Of a stretch of 64,000 nt of DNA, positions 48,015-57,903 are shown in pieces (the first letter of the stretch is position 1; each line of letters opens with the position of its first letter). The stretch lies in contig OZ250169.1 of the NCBI GenBank assembly GCA_965237955.1, positions 4,448,001 to 4,512,000 of the forward strand, given 5' to 3'. The stretch comes from Candidatus Marinacidobacterales bacterium (GTDB taxonomy: Bacteria; Acidobacteriota; Vicinamibacteria; Marinacidobacterales; SMYC01). Position numbers and translations under genes: made by a program. Below the pieces are notes generated by a model that saw only the letters and a program-made list of their open reading frames with translations, had not been told where the DNA came from and ran no database searches.

Positions 48015-49510
48015 TCGGAAAAAGAAAAACCGCTGCCGCCCGATTCAGTATCCGCGTCGAGCTCCTCTTTCAGAGCTCCGGCAGCATCGCTGAGGGCGGC
48101 CCACGAAAGCTGGGTGAGTCCGGCGCTCACGAAGAAGTGCTGCGTCCAATCAGCTCGACCTCGAAGGGTTACCGTTCCCAGCGCACGACGCGCATCGGCA
48201 ATGGCGGAGTCATCCGAATCGAGCCCCGAGAAAACGCGGAGCCGCGGGTGGCCGAGAACGCTGGCCAAGGCGAGCAGCGCACCGCTGTTCTCGATGACGG
48301 GGTCGCCCGCCGCCGAACGTTCCTTCGCCAGGGTGAAGGCTGATTCCACCACCGCCCCGAAACGATCGTCGCCGCTAGCCAACTGTGGCGCTATCGATCC
48401 TAACTGACGGATCTGGGCCCGAGCGGCTTCGATAGCGGCTTCCTCGGGACCGAGGCGAGAAACAAGGCCAGGGAGAACCTCGCCACGAATATCCATCGGG
48501 CCGTAGGTCACGGTCAGTCGATCGTCGTCCAAACGAAGTTGCTCGATTCCTTCCAAGATCGGTCTCAACGTCCGATCGCGCTCTACCGTAGCGACACCCA
48601 CCGCGGAAATCGGTGCGAGCAGCACTCCCGGTACATCGATGCCCCCGATGCTCAGCTTGCTCAACGCGAGCTCGAGCTCCCCGCGATCGATGCCGCCTTC
48701 GATGCCGAGGACCAGATTGCCATAACGGTCCACCACCGGGAGCCGCGCCGAGGCTTGGAGGATCGCTTCGCTCGGACGGGTGTTGACCTCGACCCGCGGC
48801 GAGCGGCCGGCGACGGAAAGCCCCCACGCCACCAGGACATCGAGATCCTCGTTGGTCAACGCGAGCTTTCGCGTTTCTCCTTCATTCAGCTTCGTCGGGT
48901 TGCTCCCCCGAAAGAGCCGGACGAGCTCCCGCTTTTTCTCCGAGCTCACTTCGGAAGCACGGAGCTCGAGAGGCTCCGTCGACGTCGTGAGATAGGCGAC
49001 CGCAAGGCCCAGGCCGGCGACCACGAGACCCAACAAGGCGAGCTTGGGGAAAAACAAGAGGAAGGCGCCGAAGCCTCGACTCGCGCTCGTCCCGAGCCGC
49101 GCTCCCACAACGCAGGCGATCGAAGGAAGAGCGAGGTCGCGAAGCCCCGGCCCCGAGCCGAGCTCGAATCCCAGAAGCCCCGTGGAGAGCAAGATGGCGA
49201 AGGCCGACGCCGGCAAGAGCGTCACGAACAAACGGGAGAACCAACGCCGGCGCCGCGGAAACGAAAGCGCCAGGAAGACACCGAGGGGAAGAAACCGTGC
49301 GGCCCGCACCAACACGTGAAGGCCCAGTTGACCGAGCCGCTCGGAGACTTGCTCCATAGAGCGGAGCTCTTCGAGCTCGAAGACGGAGACTTGAGAAACG
49401 GCCGCAGTTTCCTCTCTGTCCCGATGGACGAAGAAGGCGAGAACCGCGACGTACATCAGCAAGACAACGAGCCAGCCGATGCGGAAACGGGAATTCTCTT
49501 TCTCGGGCAT
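47762..49510 (-). CDS. Hypothetical membrane protein (VanZ-like N-terminal TM region)
   Basis: FLPLGVFL TM region; C-terminal QHFFVSAGL...GGSGFSFSDLLADRAG. Confidence 0.7.
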   Translation of the reverse strand: MPEKENSRFRIGWLVVLLMYVAVLAFFVHRDREETAAVSQVSVFELEELRSMEQVSERLGQLGLHVLVRAARFLPLGVFLALSFPRRRRWFSRLFVTLLPASAFAILLSTGLLGFELGSGPGLRDLALPSIACVVGARLGTSASRGFGAFLLFFPKLALLGLVVAGLGLAVAYLTTSTEPLELRASEVSSEKKRELVRLFRGSNPTKLNEGETRKLALTNEDLDVLVAWGLSVAGRSPRVEVNTRPSEAILQASARLPVVDRYGNLVLGIEGGIDRGELELALSKLSIGGIDVPGVLLAPISAVGVATVERDRTLRPILEGIEQLRLDDDRLTVTYGPMDIRGEVLPGLVSRLGPEEAAIEAARAQIRQLGSIAPQLASGDDRFGAVVESAFTLAKERSAAGDPVIENSGALLALASVLGHPRLRVFSGLDSDDSAIADARRALGTVTLRGRADWTQHFFVSAGLTQLSWAALSDAAGALKEELDADTESGGSGFSFSDLLADRAGTLFARVATLDADRARALQDRLEGGFRVDAFFPRADDLPEGIPDSVLQYHYGGVGGAEYERVIRRIEGRLERCGAYR

Positions 49511-49645
49511 TTCCAGCTGAGGCTAAGGGGGATTTAGTCTTTCACAAGACGCGTCCGAACAAAAGACGATCAAGGACGTCGAGGCGGGCGCCCCGGTCGG
49601 CAAGCTCTCGCGCCGTTAGATTCCTGTGCGCTGACTCTCCCTAAC

Positions 49646-49700
49646 GGTCTCGAGGCTGCTCACGATAAGGGGATCATCCATCGAGACCTGAAACCGTCGG
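49646..49700 (+). pseudogene. Tiny Ser/Thr kinase remnant
   Basis: Translates as GLEAAHDKGIIHRDLKPS (catalytic loop HRDLKP) with no flanking ORF. Confidence 0.6.
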
Positions 49701-49727
49701 GGTCAACTTACTAGTCGAGTTCCGCGA

Positions 49728-52631
49728 CTAGAGCTCGAAGCGCACGCCGACCCGGAACACGCGCGGGTCGAGCAGCGAAATGACTTCCCGATAGCGAGAG
49801 CCGCTGAACGCGCGGAAGTTCACAACCGGATTGGCGTTCAGAAGATTGTACACATCACCCATGACCGTGAAACGAGTGCGTGCTCCGAGAAAGAACGTAT
49901 AGTCGACGCGAATGTCCCAGATACCGACGTTTCGGGCTCGATTGTCCGCGATCGGGGTCGCGTGGATGCGCTCGCTACCGGCGTTCGGCAGACGGGCGCT
50001 GATGCTACGCGCGTAGTTGTAGCCGCTTTGTAGCTTGAAGGACGTGCTGAGACCGACTTCGTTCGGGAACACGTAGCGGCCGACGACTTTGAAATTCCAG
50101 AACGTCGAATCCTGCCGGCCGTAGTACTCCTGAAGATTCCGCTCCCAGTTGTAGAGGATGGCTGTCCGCGCCGCTGCGATCCGGTTGGTCGACTCCTGGG
50201 TCGTGTTCCTGAAATCGTCGGACTTCGTGACCAGGTACGACGTGAGGAACATCCAGCGGTCGGAGAAGCGTTTGTTGAGCGCGACCTCGAACGTGCTCAC
50301 CTTACCTTCGTACGGCTCGATGCCGTCGTATTTCACCGGGTTCGTCCACAGTCTTTCGGAGCCGATGCCAGCGGGACGGTCGTGGAGCAAAATCTCCTGG
50401 TCGTCCGGTGTTCCAGCGATGTTGTCATCGCCGGCGTCCTGATACAAAAACGGGATCGTGTACTGGTCGAAGCGTTCGAGGTCGACCTCTTCCCAGCCAT
50501 TGCCAACGCTCTTGTAGACATAGTTGGCGCGAACCGAAAGATTCGGCCTGAGCTGGTGCTCGATCGACACCGACGCCTCTTGACCGAACTCGAACAATAG
50601 ATCCGGGTCGACTTGGCGGCTACCGCCGCCACCGAGGGTTCTCTGGAGCGGACCGAGCTCGGGCGAGCACCAGATCTCGCCGCACGGTCCGGGAGTGAGC
50701 ACTCGATCGCCATCCAAGTCGTTGAACCTGTAGCGGAGTCGCACCGTGCTGACGGGGTTCGCATCGTCGACGAACACCGTGCTGGGGTTCGAGTAGAAGC
50801 GCCCGAAAAACGCTTTCGCCACCGTGCGACCTTGGCCGGTCACGTCCCAGGCGAGCCCGATTCTAGGCCCGAGCCCGTTGAGGATGTTCGTCGTCGTCGC
50901 CGGCGTCTCGACCGAGTCGAAGGGAAAGCCGGGAAGCTCAGGCTCGATCCCTTGCACGGGCCAGCCGAGCGCGTAGCGGTCGTAGCGCAGACCCAGGTTG
51001 AACGTCAATCGATCGTTGATGGTCCACGAGTCCGTCACCCACAACGACAATAGCTTCGCGTCGTTGGTGTTGTTGTTCGGCGTGTTGTAGATGTCCACGT
51101 CCTCAGGAACGCCGGCATCGTCATAGTAGAACTGGTTGTGAGGCTGAAACCGCAAGTACTCCCGGCGCTCGCGATACCACTCGGTTCCGAGCTTGAGACT
51201 GTGAGAGCCCTTGGCATCGTCCACATAGTACGAGAGCGAGCCCGTGAGCTGAGGCTTCTGGGTGTCGCGGAAGTGGTAGTAGCTGAACGCCGCGTCGGCG
51301 AACTGCCCGATGTCCCGATCGAAGCGGCCGACGTCCACGCCTTCGACGGAGCTCGATTGCGTTTCAGTCGGGTACAGCGGGAATTCGTTCCTCCACCACG
51401 ACCATTGGACGTCCAAAAACGTCGCGTCGTTGAGGAGGCTCGTCCACTCGAGCTTCGCCGGCTTGTTCACCGACGACTGCCAATGCGCCGCGTTGATGGG
51501 ACGCGTCGGGCCGAGTCCGCGCTCCGGCTGGAACTTGGTACGGCGATTCCAAAACGCGATGATCTGGTTGTTGTCGTTGACCTGCCAATTTCCCTTGAGC
51601 GTGTAGTTGACGAGCTCGGTATGGGCCGTTGTCTCGAGACCGAAAACGAACTGGTCTTGACTGTATTTTCGATAACTGAAAAACCACCACGCCTTGCCGC
51701 GAACGATGGGCCCGCCGATACCGGCGTTGAGATCCCACTGCGTGTCGGTGGGGTTTCCTCTCACGACGCCTCCCCCGGGCGCGAAGTAACCGTCCCTCTC
51801 GCCGCTGGCGCCCGGCTCGAACTCGGGCGGCACGTTGTCAGAGACCATGCCGCCCCCGACGTAGTCGTAGTAGACATCGGCTTTGAGCTCGTCCCCACCC
51901 GAACGGACAGTGATGTTGTGGAACGCACCGATTCCATGCGTTTCCACTTGGTTGCCGGCGCCGCCAAGCTGGTACTCTTCGAAGCTCCCATAGTCGAAGT
52001 AGCCGGCGTTCAAGTCCACGCCTTCGGTCACGTTGATGCCCTCGAGAACGGTGCGGTTTTGTGACTCCGCGCCGTAAGTGACGTAACCCGTCTGGGTACC
52101 CACATGCGAGCCGCCGACGTCGTAGCCGTTCATTTGAAAGCCGGGCGCCTGCGCCATCGCCGCCCAGATGTCACGCGCGTTCGGGATGTCTTCGAGAAGC
52201 TCCTCGGTAAAGTTCACCGCTGTCGTCGTCGTTTTGATGTCGACGACCGGCGTCTCCCCGGTAATCGTCAACGACTCCGAAACACCCGCCAACGGCATGT
52301 CGGCGTTGAGGGTCAAGGTCACGTTGAGGTTGACGCGAACGCCTTCGCGCCGAACCGTCCGAAACCCTGCGAGTGTGAACACCACGTCGTAGAGACCAGG
52401 CGGCACCGAGACGAACGCATAGCTTCCCGAGGAACCCGAGACCGTCGCTTGGGGCGAGATGAGCGCGGCGCCGGTCAGCGTCACGCTTACCCCCGGTAAC
52501 ACCCCACCGGTGTTGTCGTGAACCGAGCCGACCATGCGGCCGCGGAGCTCTTGGGCTTCGATAAATACGGCGGACGCGATTGTCAACGTGACAAAGAGCG
52601 AACCAATCCTTTTCGTGGACAGCCGCTTCAC
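49728..52631 (-). CDS. TonB-dependent receptor with carboxypeptidase-regulatory-like N-domain
   Basis: GSVHDNTGGVLPGVSV, plug region IPNARD, TFNLGLRYD, C-terminal PRVFRVGVRFEL. Confidence 0.9.
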   Translation of the reverse strand: MKRLSTKRIGSLFVTLTIASAVFIEAQELRGRMVGSVHDNTGGVLPGVSVTLTGAALISPQATVSGSSGSYAFVSVPPGLYDVVFTLAGFRTVRREGVRVNLNVTLTLNADMPLAGVSESLTITGETPVVDIKTTTTAVNFTEELLEDIPNARDIWAAMAQAPGFQMNGYDVGGSHVGTQTGYVTYGAESQNRTVLEGINVTEGVDLNAGYFDYGSFEEYQLGGAGNQVETHGIGAFHNITVRSGGDELKADVYYDYVGGGMVSDNVPPEFEPGASGERDGYFAPGGGVVRGNPTDTQWDLNAGIGGPIVRGKAWWFFSYRKYSQDQFVFGLETTAHTELVNYTLKGNWQVNDNNQIIAFWNRRTKFQPERGLGPTRPINAAHWQSSVNKPAKLEWTSLLNDATFLDVQWSWWRNEFPLYPTETQSSSVEGVDVGRFDRDIGQFADAAFSYYHFRDTQKPQLTGSLSYYVDDAKGSHSLKLGTEWYRERREYLRFQPHNQFYYDDAGVPEDVDIYNTPNNNTNDAKLLSLWVTDSWTINDRLTFNLGLRYDRYALGWPVQGIEPELPGFPFDSVETPATTTNILNGLGPRIGLAWDVTGQGRTVAKAFFGRFYSNPSTVFVDDANPVSTVRLRYRFNDLDGDRVLTPGPCGEIWCSPELGPLQRTLGGGGSRQVDPDLLFEFGQEASVSIEHQLRPNLSVRANYVYKSVGNGWEEVDLERFDQYTIPFLYQDAGDDNIAGTPDDQEILLHDRPAGIGSERLWTNPVKYDGIEPYEGKVSTFEVALNKRFSDRWMFLTSYLVTKSDDFRNTTQESTNRIAAARTAILYNWERNLQEYYGRQDSTFWNFKVVGRYVFPNEVGLSTSFKLQSGYNYARSISARLPNAGSERIHATPIADNRARNVGIWDIRVDYTFFLGARTRFTVMGDVYNLLNANPVVNFRAFSGSRYREVISLLDPRVFRVGVRFEL

Positions 52632-52706
52632 TAGAATGCCCCTCCTCGAACGAATCTCCGTAGAGGACGTTTTATACAACGGTTCGAGTCAACTGGAAAC
52701 CGTGGC

Positions 52707-54302
52707 TCACACGGTGGGCGTCACGTCCCCGCGCAGGACCATGCCGGGAAGCTCATCGCTCCGCTCACCGCCTTCGAGCACGAGCTTGCCATTCACGAGC
52801 ACCGCTTCGAATCCATGCGCGTACTGATGAGGTTTCGCGAACGTCGCCTTGTCTTCGACGGCGGCGGGATCGAACACGGTGATGTCGGCGAAGTAACCCG
52901 CGGCAACTCGCCCGCGGTCCGCGATACTGAACCGCTCCGCGGGAAGGCTCGTCATCTTCCGAACCGACTCCTCGAGAGCCATCACTTTCATTTCACGCAC
53001 GTACTTCGAGAGAACACGTGCAAACGTTCCGTACGAGCGTGGGTGCGGGTTGCCGCTCGCCAAAGATCCGTACGTCGCCAACGCCGACCCATCCGAGGCA
53101 GGCATGCACTTCGGATGCGCGAGAATGCGCGCCGTCGTCTCCTCGCCCATGCCGAAGCCGACCATGTTGACGCGGTTGTTCTCTTCGATGATGAGATCAC
53201 GCGTGTAGAGAAACGGATCGTCGCCCGTCTCTTCGACGATCTCCTCGATCGTCCTCCCTTGAAGTGATTTGTTTTTCTCGAGCCTTACCGACGTGATCAT
53301 GACCGTATCCCACGAGCCTAGAAGTGCAATCTTGTCCGCAGTCGCCTGTCGGATGCGCGGCCATACGTCGGGATCCTGTAGACGCTCGATGAATCTCGCC
53401 GTCCCGCCCTCACGGCTCCAGAGCGGCATGAGGTTGGCGAGCCCGGTCGCGTACGCGATGTACGGGTAGCGATCGAAGGTCACGGATACGCCGCGAGACT
53501 CAGCGTCTTCGATCAGCGCGAAGATGTCGTCGACTTTGTCGTAGTTGCGCCGGCCTTGGCATTTGAGATGCGAGATGTGAAGCCCGACACCGCCGCGTTC
53601 AGCGATTGCAATCGCTTCCCCGACAGCCTCTCTCACGCGGTCGTCCTCGTTGCGCATATGGGTTGCGTACAAACCTCGACTGCCCGCCATCACCCGGCAA
53701 AGCTCGCCCATTTCCTCGGCGGTCGCGAAACCGCCGGGTGTGTACTCGAGACCGCTCGAAATACCAAGAGCTCCCTGTCGCAGCGCAGACGCCGCTAGCT
53801 TTTGCATCTCCGCGATCTCGCGAGCGCTCGCGGCGCGGTCCGACATCGCCATCACCAGGCCGCGGAGCGTTCCCTGTCCTACGAAGGAGCCAGCGTTCAC
53901 GGCGATACCGGAGCTCTCGAGCTTTTCGAGCTCGTCGCCGAAAACTGCGGGCTTGAAAGAAGTGCCGTCCATGCCGACGAGCTCGGTCGTCACCCCCTGG
54001 CGGATCTTGCTTTCCGCCTTGGGATTGGTGATGAGCTCGTCCTCACTGTGGGTGTGCACATCGATGAAGCCCGGCGTGACCGTGAGCCCCGAGACGTCGA
54101 GCGTTCGTGCCGCCGTGACTCCAGACAGGTCTCGGACCGCAGAAATCCGTGCCCCGGCGATACCCACGTCAGCCGGACGAGCGGGCGCTCCATCGATGAC
54201 AGAACCGCCTCGCAACACCAGGTCGAAGCTTTGTTGTTGCAATAGCTTACGCGAGTAAGCCGCACCCAAGGTTTTCAAGAATAAGCGTCGATTCACGTCC
54301 AT
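52707..54302 (-). CDS. N-acyl-D-amino-acid deacylase (amidohydrolase)
   Basis: PGFIDVHTHS, THMRNE, ISHLK, HPRSYGTF; Tat-like NRRLFLK. Confidence 0.9.
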   Translation of the reverse strand: MDVNRRLFLKTLGAAYSRKLLQQQSFDLVLRGGSVIDGAPARPADVGIAGARISAVRDLSGVTAARTLDVSGLTVTPGFIDVHTHSEDELITNPKAESKIRQGVTTELVGMDGTSFKPAVFGDELEKLESSGIAVNAGSFVGQGTLRGLVMAMSDRAASAREIAEMQKLAASALRQGALGISSGLEYTPGGFATAEEMGELCRVMAGSRGLYATHMRNEDDRVREAVGEAIAIAERGGVGLHISHLKCQGRRNYDKVDDIFALIEDAESRGVSVTFDRYPYIAYATGLANLMPLWSREGGTARFIERLQDPDVWPRIRQATADKIALLGSWDTVMITSVRLEKNKSLQGRTIEEIVEETGDDPFLYTRDLIIEENNRVNMVGFGMGEETTARILAHPKCMPASDGSALATYGSLASGNPHPRSYGTFARVLSKYVREMKVMALEESVRKMTSLPAERFSIADRGRVAAGYFADITVFDPAAVEDKATFAKPHQYAHGFEAVLVNGKLVLEGGERSDELPGMVLRGDVTPTV

Positions 54303-54335
54303 GGCGGAGAGCTTACCTCAACCCGATCCTACATT

Positions 54336-54371
54336 TTGAAATTGACATCGGTTTTCACTTTCAGCTATAGT
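54336..54371 (+). promoter_or_regulatory. Sigma-70 promoter overlapping a Fur-like inverted repeat upstream of bfd-bfr
   Basis: TTGACA (54342)-18 nt-TATAGT (54366); TGAAA-N11-TTTCA palindrome over the -35. Confidence 0.55.
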
Positions 54372-54378
54372 GAATGTG

Positions 54379-54585
54379 ATGATCGTCTGCTTGTGCAAAG
54401 GCATCACCGACCGCACCATCCGCACCCTGATTCGCGACGGCGTGTGCTCCATACGCGAGATTGGCCGCGTCTGCGATGCCGGCCGCGAGTGCGGCGGCTG
54501 CCGCCCGACGATCGACCGTCTCGTGGTGACCGAAAAGCGGCAACGCGAGACGCCTCGGGATATGATGAGAGGCTATGAAAGGTGA
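54379..54585 (+). CDS. bfd: Bacterioferritin-associated ferredoxin
   Basis: MIVCLCKGITD...CGGC. Confidence 0.88.
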   Translation: MIVCLCKGITDRTIRTLIRDGVCSIREIGRVCDAGRECGGCRPTIDRLVVTEKRQRETPRDMMRGYER

Positions 54586-55045
54586 TGCGAAAGTCATCGA
54601 AGCCCTCAACGACGTCCTGACCGCCGAGCTCACCGCCATCAACCAGTATTTCGTGCATGCGAAGATGTGCGACAACTGGGGCTACCAGCGCCTCGCGAGC
54701 AAGAAGCGCGAGGAGTCTATGGAGGAGATGAAGCACGCCGACAACGTGATCGAACGGATTCTCTTCCTCGACGGCGTCCCCAACATGCAGCGTCTGAATC
54801 CTGTGCGCGTGGGCGAAGAGCCGGTGGAGCAACACCAGGTCGATCTCGAGCTCGAGCTCGAGGCCGTCCAACGCATCAACGAGGCCATCGCTCTTTCTCG
54901 CGACAAAGGCGACAACGGCACGCGCGAGCTACTGGAGGAGATTCTCGAGGACGAAGAAGAAAGCGTCGACTGGCTCGAGGCGCAGCTCCACCTCGTCGAG
55001 GAAGTGGGCCGCGAGCGCTACCTCGCAGAGCAGATCAATTCTTGA
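54575..55045 (+). CDS. bfr: Bacterioferritin
   Basis: MKGD..ELTAINQYFVH, EEMKHAD, ERILFLDG. Confidence 0.95.
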   Translation: MKGDAKVIEALNDVLTAELTAINQYFVHAKMCDNWGYQRLASKKREESMEEMKHADNVIERILFLDGVPNMQRLNPVRVGEEPVEQHQVDLELELEAVQRINEAIALSRDKGDNGTRELLEEILEDEEESVDWLEAQLHLVEEVGRERYLAEQINS

Positions 55046-55242
55046 AGACGGGCGGAGCTTCCGGAATCGCCGCGCCGTCTTGTCGGGGCTCGGACGCGCC
55101 GAAGTGCACGCCCTCTCCGTTCGACATCACCGCCTGACACGACGGGATCTTCCGAGAACGCGAATGGAGCGGACACGGTCAAGGCTAGCAACAAACTGCC
55201 GGTGAATAACTTCATAACGTCACCGCGAAAACCCATTGTACG

Positions 55243-56130
55243 CTACTCGTCGTGCGAAGGCAGCACCACCGCCAGGGCTTTGTCGCGCACCCCGAGAACG
55301 AGCGGCACGTAGCCGGCTGGCTCGCCGTCGAGTTGGAAACGAACATCCGATCCGCTGTCCACATCGATCGTCAGCGCATCGGTTTTGAAGTGCTCGATGT
55401 CCGTGAACTCGAGGTGGAAATGCCCGAGGACGCCGGCAAGATAGCGAAGATAGTCTCGGCGGTTCGTCCCTTTGAAGATGACAACGTCGAGCTTGGGTTC
55501 TTCGAGCCTCGCGTCCGGAGTGACTTTGTAGTGCGGACCATAGCGCCGGATGTTGCCCGCGATGAGCCCGGTGCCTATTATCTCTCTCCCTTCGGTGCGG
55601 ATGCGAAGCGATGTCATCGGATAGCTCGCTAGAAGCCGGAAGCCATCGAGCCAAAACGCGGTCGCGCCCAGGGCGTTTTTGAAACCCGCTTTCAATCGAT
55701 AGACCACTTCCCCATCGAGGCCTACGCCTGCCATCAGAAGAAACGGGCGCTCGCCCGCGAGCCCCATCGGAATTCTCGATACGCGTCCGGAGACGAACGC
55801 GTCGAGCGCTCTGTCGAGTTTCAACGGGATCCCGACTTCACGCGCGAACACGTTAACGGTGCCCCCGGGAAGAACGCCCATAGCCGTCGACGTCTCGAAA
55901 AGACCGCACGCGACTTCGTTGAGTGTGCCATCACCGCCCCACGCAATCGCAGTGTCGAAACCCGCTGACGCGACGTCTCTGGCGATCTCGATGGCGTCGC
56001 CCATTTTCTCAGTGGGCGTCGCGGTAACGTCCATACCCGCCTGCTCGAGGCGTGCGAGCACGCGCGGGAGCAGTTCGTCCTTGCGTTTGCCTCGACCGGA
56101 GCGAGGATTGAAGATGAGCGCGACTTTCAT
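55243..56130 (-). CDS. Diacylglycerol kinase family lipid kinase
   Basis: NPRSG, GGDGTLNEV, PGGTVN, QLDGE. Confidence 0.9.
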   Translation of the reverse strand: MKVALIFNPRSGRGKRKDELLPRVLARLEQAGMDVTATPTEKMGDAIEIARDVASAGFDTAIAWGGDGTLNEVACGLFETSTAMGVLPGGTVNVFAREVGIPLKLDRALDAFVSGRVSRIPMGLAGERPFLLMAGVGLDGEVVYRLKAGFKNALGATAFWLDGFRLLASYPMTSLRIRTEGREIIGTGLIAGNIRRYGPHYKVTPDARLEEPKLDVVIFKGTNRRDYLRYLAGVLGHFHLEFTDIEHFKTDALTIDVDSGSDVRFQLDGEPAGYVPLVLGVRDKALAVVLPSHDE

Positions 56131-56163
56131 TGACTTTGGCTTGACTTGGGCATTCGACGCCTG

Positions 56164-56754
56164 CTACCCGGGTTGAACGGTCACTTCGAGCTCGTCCGTG
56201 AGCTCTCCCCAACCTTCTACATCGACGGTGACGTGTAGGGTCCAAGCGATCTTAGCTTCCATGGAGCGAAACGAGAACGGAGCGTCCGGCGGAACCGGCA
56301 GAGACACGCGGTAGTCTTTTCTCGCGCCAGAACCGAGCTCGAGGTTCTTCTCCAACACCCGCTCGTCGCTGCCGAGAACGGAGAGCTGCCTCCCCCGGTC
56401 CGTCGACTTTTGTCGCGTACACCGGAGCTCTGCCGACATGCGCCGCAGCGTCGTCTCGCGCCGCACCTCGAGGCGAATCTCCATCGCGAACGCGCCCCCC
56501 GGCACCACTTGATCGGATTCCAGCCCAAGATCGAGCATTCGGAACGGCTGGCGGTCCAGGCCGTACAAAAGTTTCAACGCCGCGCGCAGCAGGTTCAAAA
56601 GGACCGGAACCCACCCGATCGTGAAAAGCCACGACGACGCACTGCCTTGGTAGAATCGTGCGAAATGGAAAAAGACGACCGCGATCAGTGTGGCAACGAG
56701 AACCGACATCACGAGCTGGCGCTTGCCCTGGGCAATGAGGGACGACCAAATCAT
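56164..56754 (-). CDS. Hypothetical membrane protein with arrestin/SpoOM-like C-domain
   Basis: Two TMs, then beta-rich VPPDAPFSF...IAWTLHV. Confidence 0.55.
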   Translation of the reverse strand: MIWSSLIAQGKRQLVMSVLVATLIAVVFFHFARFYQGSASSWLFTIGWVPVLLNLLRAALKLLYGLDRQPFRMLDLGLESDQVVPGGAFAMEIRLEVRRETTLRRMSAELRCTRQKSTDRGRQLSVLGSDERVLEKNLELGSGARKDYRVSLPVPPDAPFSFRSMEAKIAWTLHVTVDVEGWGELTDELEVTVQPG

Positions 56755-56779
56755 CGGTGCGGATCCTAGAAGGCATTTC

Positions 56780-57604
56780 GTGACGAAGCAACACCCTATC
56801 GAATTTGTCGCGGTCGGCCACGTCACCATTGATCACGTCCGCGTCGATAACGGAAGGGGTGAAAAGCGTGAGAAGCGCCTGGGTGGAGCTGCCACGTACG
56901 CGGCACTGACCGCACGTCACCTCGGCGTCAACGTTGGACTGGTGACGTCCGCCGGCCCCGATTTTCCATACTGGGAGCGTTTCACGGGCATTCACATGAC
57001 GACGATCGACTCCGAGCACACGACAGAGCTCGAGCATCGTTATCTCGATGGCGAGCGACACCAGCGCGTACACCGCGTGGCTTCTGCTATCCGGGCCGAG
57101 CACGTCTCGGGACTCCCTGTCGCCGAAGATGCGGCCGTGCTCTACTGTCCCGTGGTCCACGAGGTCGAGGCTCCGCTGATCCCGCTCTCACCCAAGGGGC
57201 TGACCGCTGTGGCGCCCCAAGGTTTTTTTCGACAGTGGGACGACACCGGGCGCATTTCGACACGCGAATGGGACGGAGCCGAACGCGCGCTCGAACGGGC
57301 CGACATCGTCTGTATGAGCGAAGAAGATGCGATTGTCCCCGAGGAGCTGGCCGAGAGCTTCGCCGGTAGGGCATTCGTCATCACCAAGGGTAGTGAAGGA
57401 TGCCGCGTCTATGCGGGCGCCGATATTTTCAATTTTCCGGCACTTCCGGCGCGCGAAGTCGATGCCACGGGTGCCGGCGATGTTTTTGCCGCGTCGTTCG
57501 TCGTTGCGCTCCGACAAGGAGACTCCCTTGCAGAGGCAGTCCGGTTCGCGACCCGCGAGGCGGCCGCGGCGGTCGAATCCATAGGCACGGAGGGTCTTTC
57601 GTGA
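56780..57604 (+). CDS. PfkB family carbohydrate kinase
   Basis: GGAATYAA, ITKGSEG, DATGAGDVF. Confidence 0.9.
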   Translation: MTKQHPIEFVAVGHVTIDHVRVDNGRGEKREKRLGGAATYAALTARHLGVNVGLVTSAGPDFPYWERFTGIHMTTIDSEHTTELEHRYLDGERHQRVHRVASAIRAEHVSGLPVAEDAAVLYCPVVHEVEAPLIPLSPKGLTAVAPQGFFRQWDDTGRISTREWDGAERALERADIVCMSEEDAIVPEELAESFAGRAFVITKGSEGCRVYAGADIFNFPALPAREVDATGAGDVFAASFVVALRQGDSLAEAVRFATREAAAAVESIGTEGLS

Positions 57605-57873
57605 TCGACACCGACTTCGAGGCGTACTGCGAGCGCATCGAGCTCGAATTCTTTCGCCTCAAAGGCCGGCGAGGAATGCTCTCACCGGCGGACTTCTCGC
57701 GCACGCGTGAATGGTTCGACGCGGGCATCTCTATCGATGCGGTCCTCGAGGGCATGGCCGGCGCATTCCAAACACAGAGCGCGGGGCGAGAGGGCGAGAG
57801 CGTTGAGGTCAACAGCCTCTCTTTTTGTGACCCCTTCGTGGAACAGGCCATCGCCCGCCGTCGATCGTTATAA
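57601..57873 (+). CDS. Small hypothetical protein (DnaD-like helical pattern)
   Basis: GTGA overlap; IELEFFRLKGR..LSPADF..W..AGISIDAVLEG...SLSFC. Confidence 0.55.
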   Translation: MIDTDFEAYCERIELEFFRLKGRRGMLSPADFSRTREWFDAGISIDAVLEGMAGAFQTQSAGREGESVEVNSLSFCDPFVEQAIARRRSL

Positions 57874-57903
57874 CTCTGCCTTTGCGCTACACTTTCTCGG
57901 CCG

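Noticed and set aside
55018-55215. Short ORF with a signal peptide (MKLFTGSLLL...)
   Set aside because: Possibly a truncated gene, but no recognisable domain and it overlaps the bfr end; not supportable
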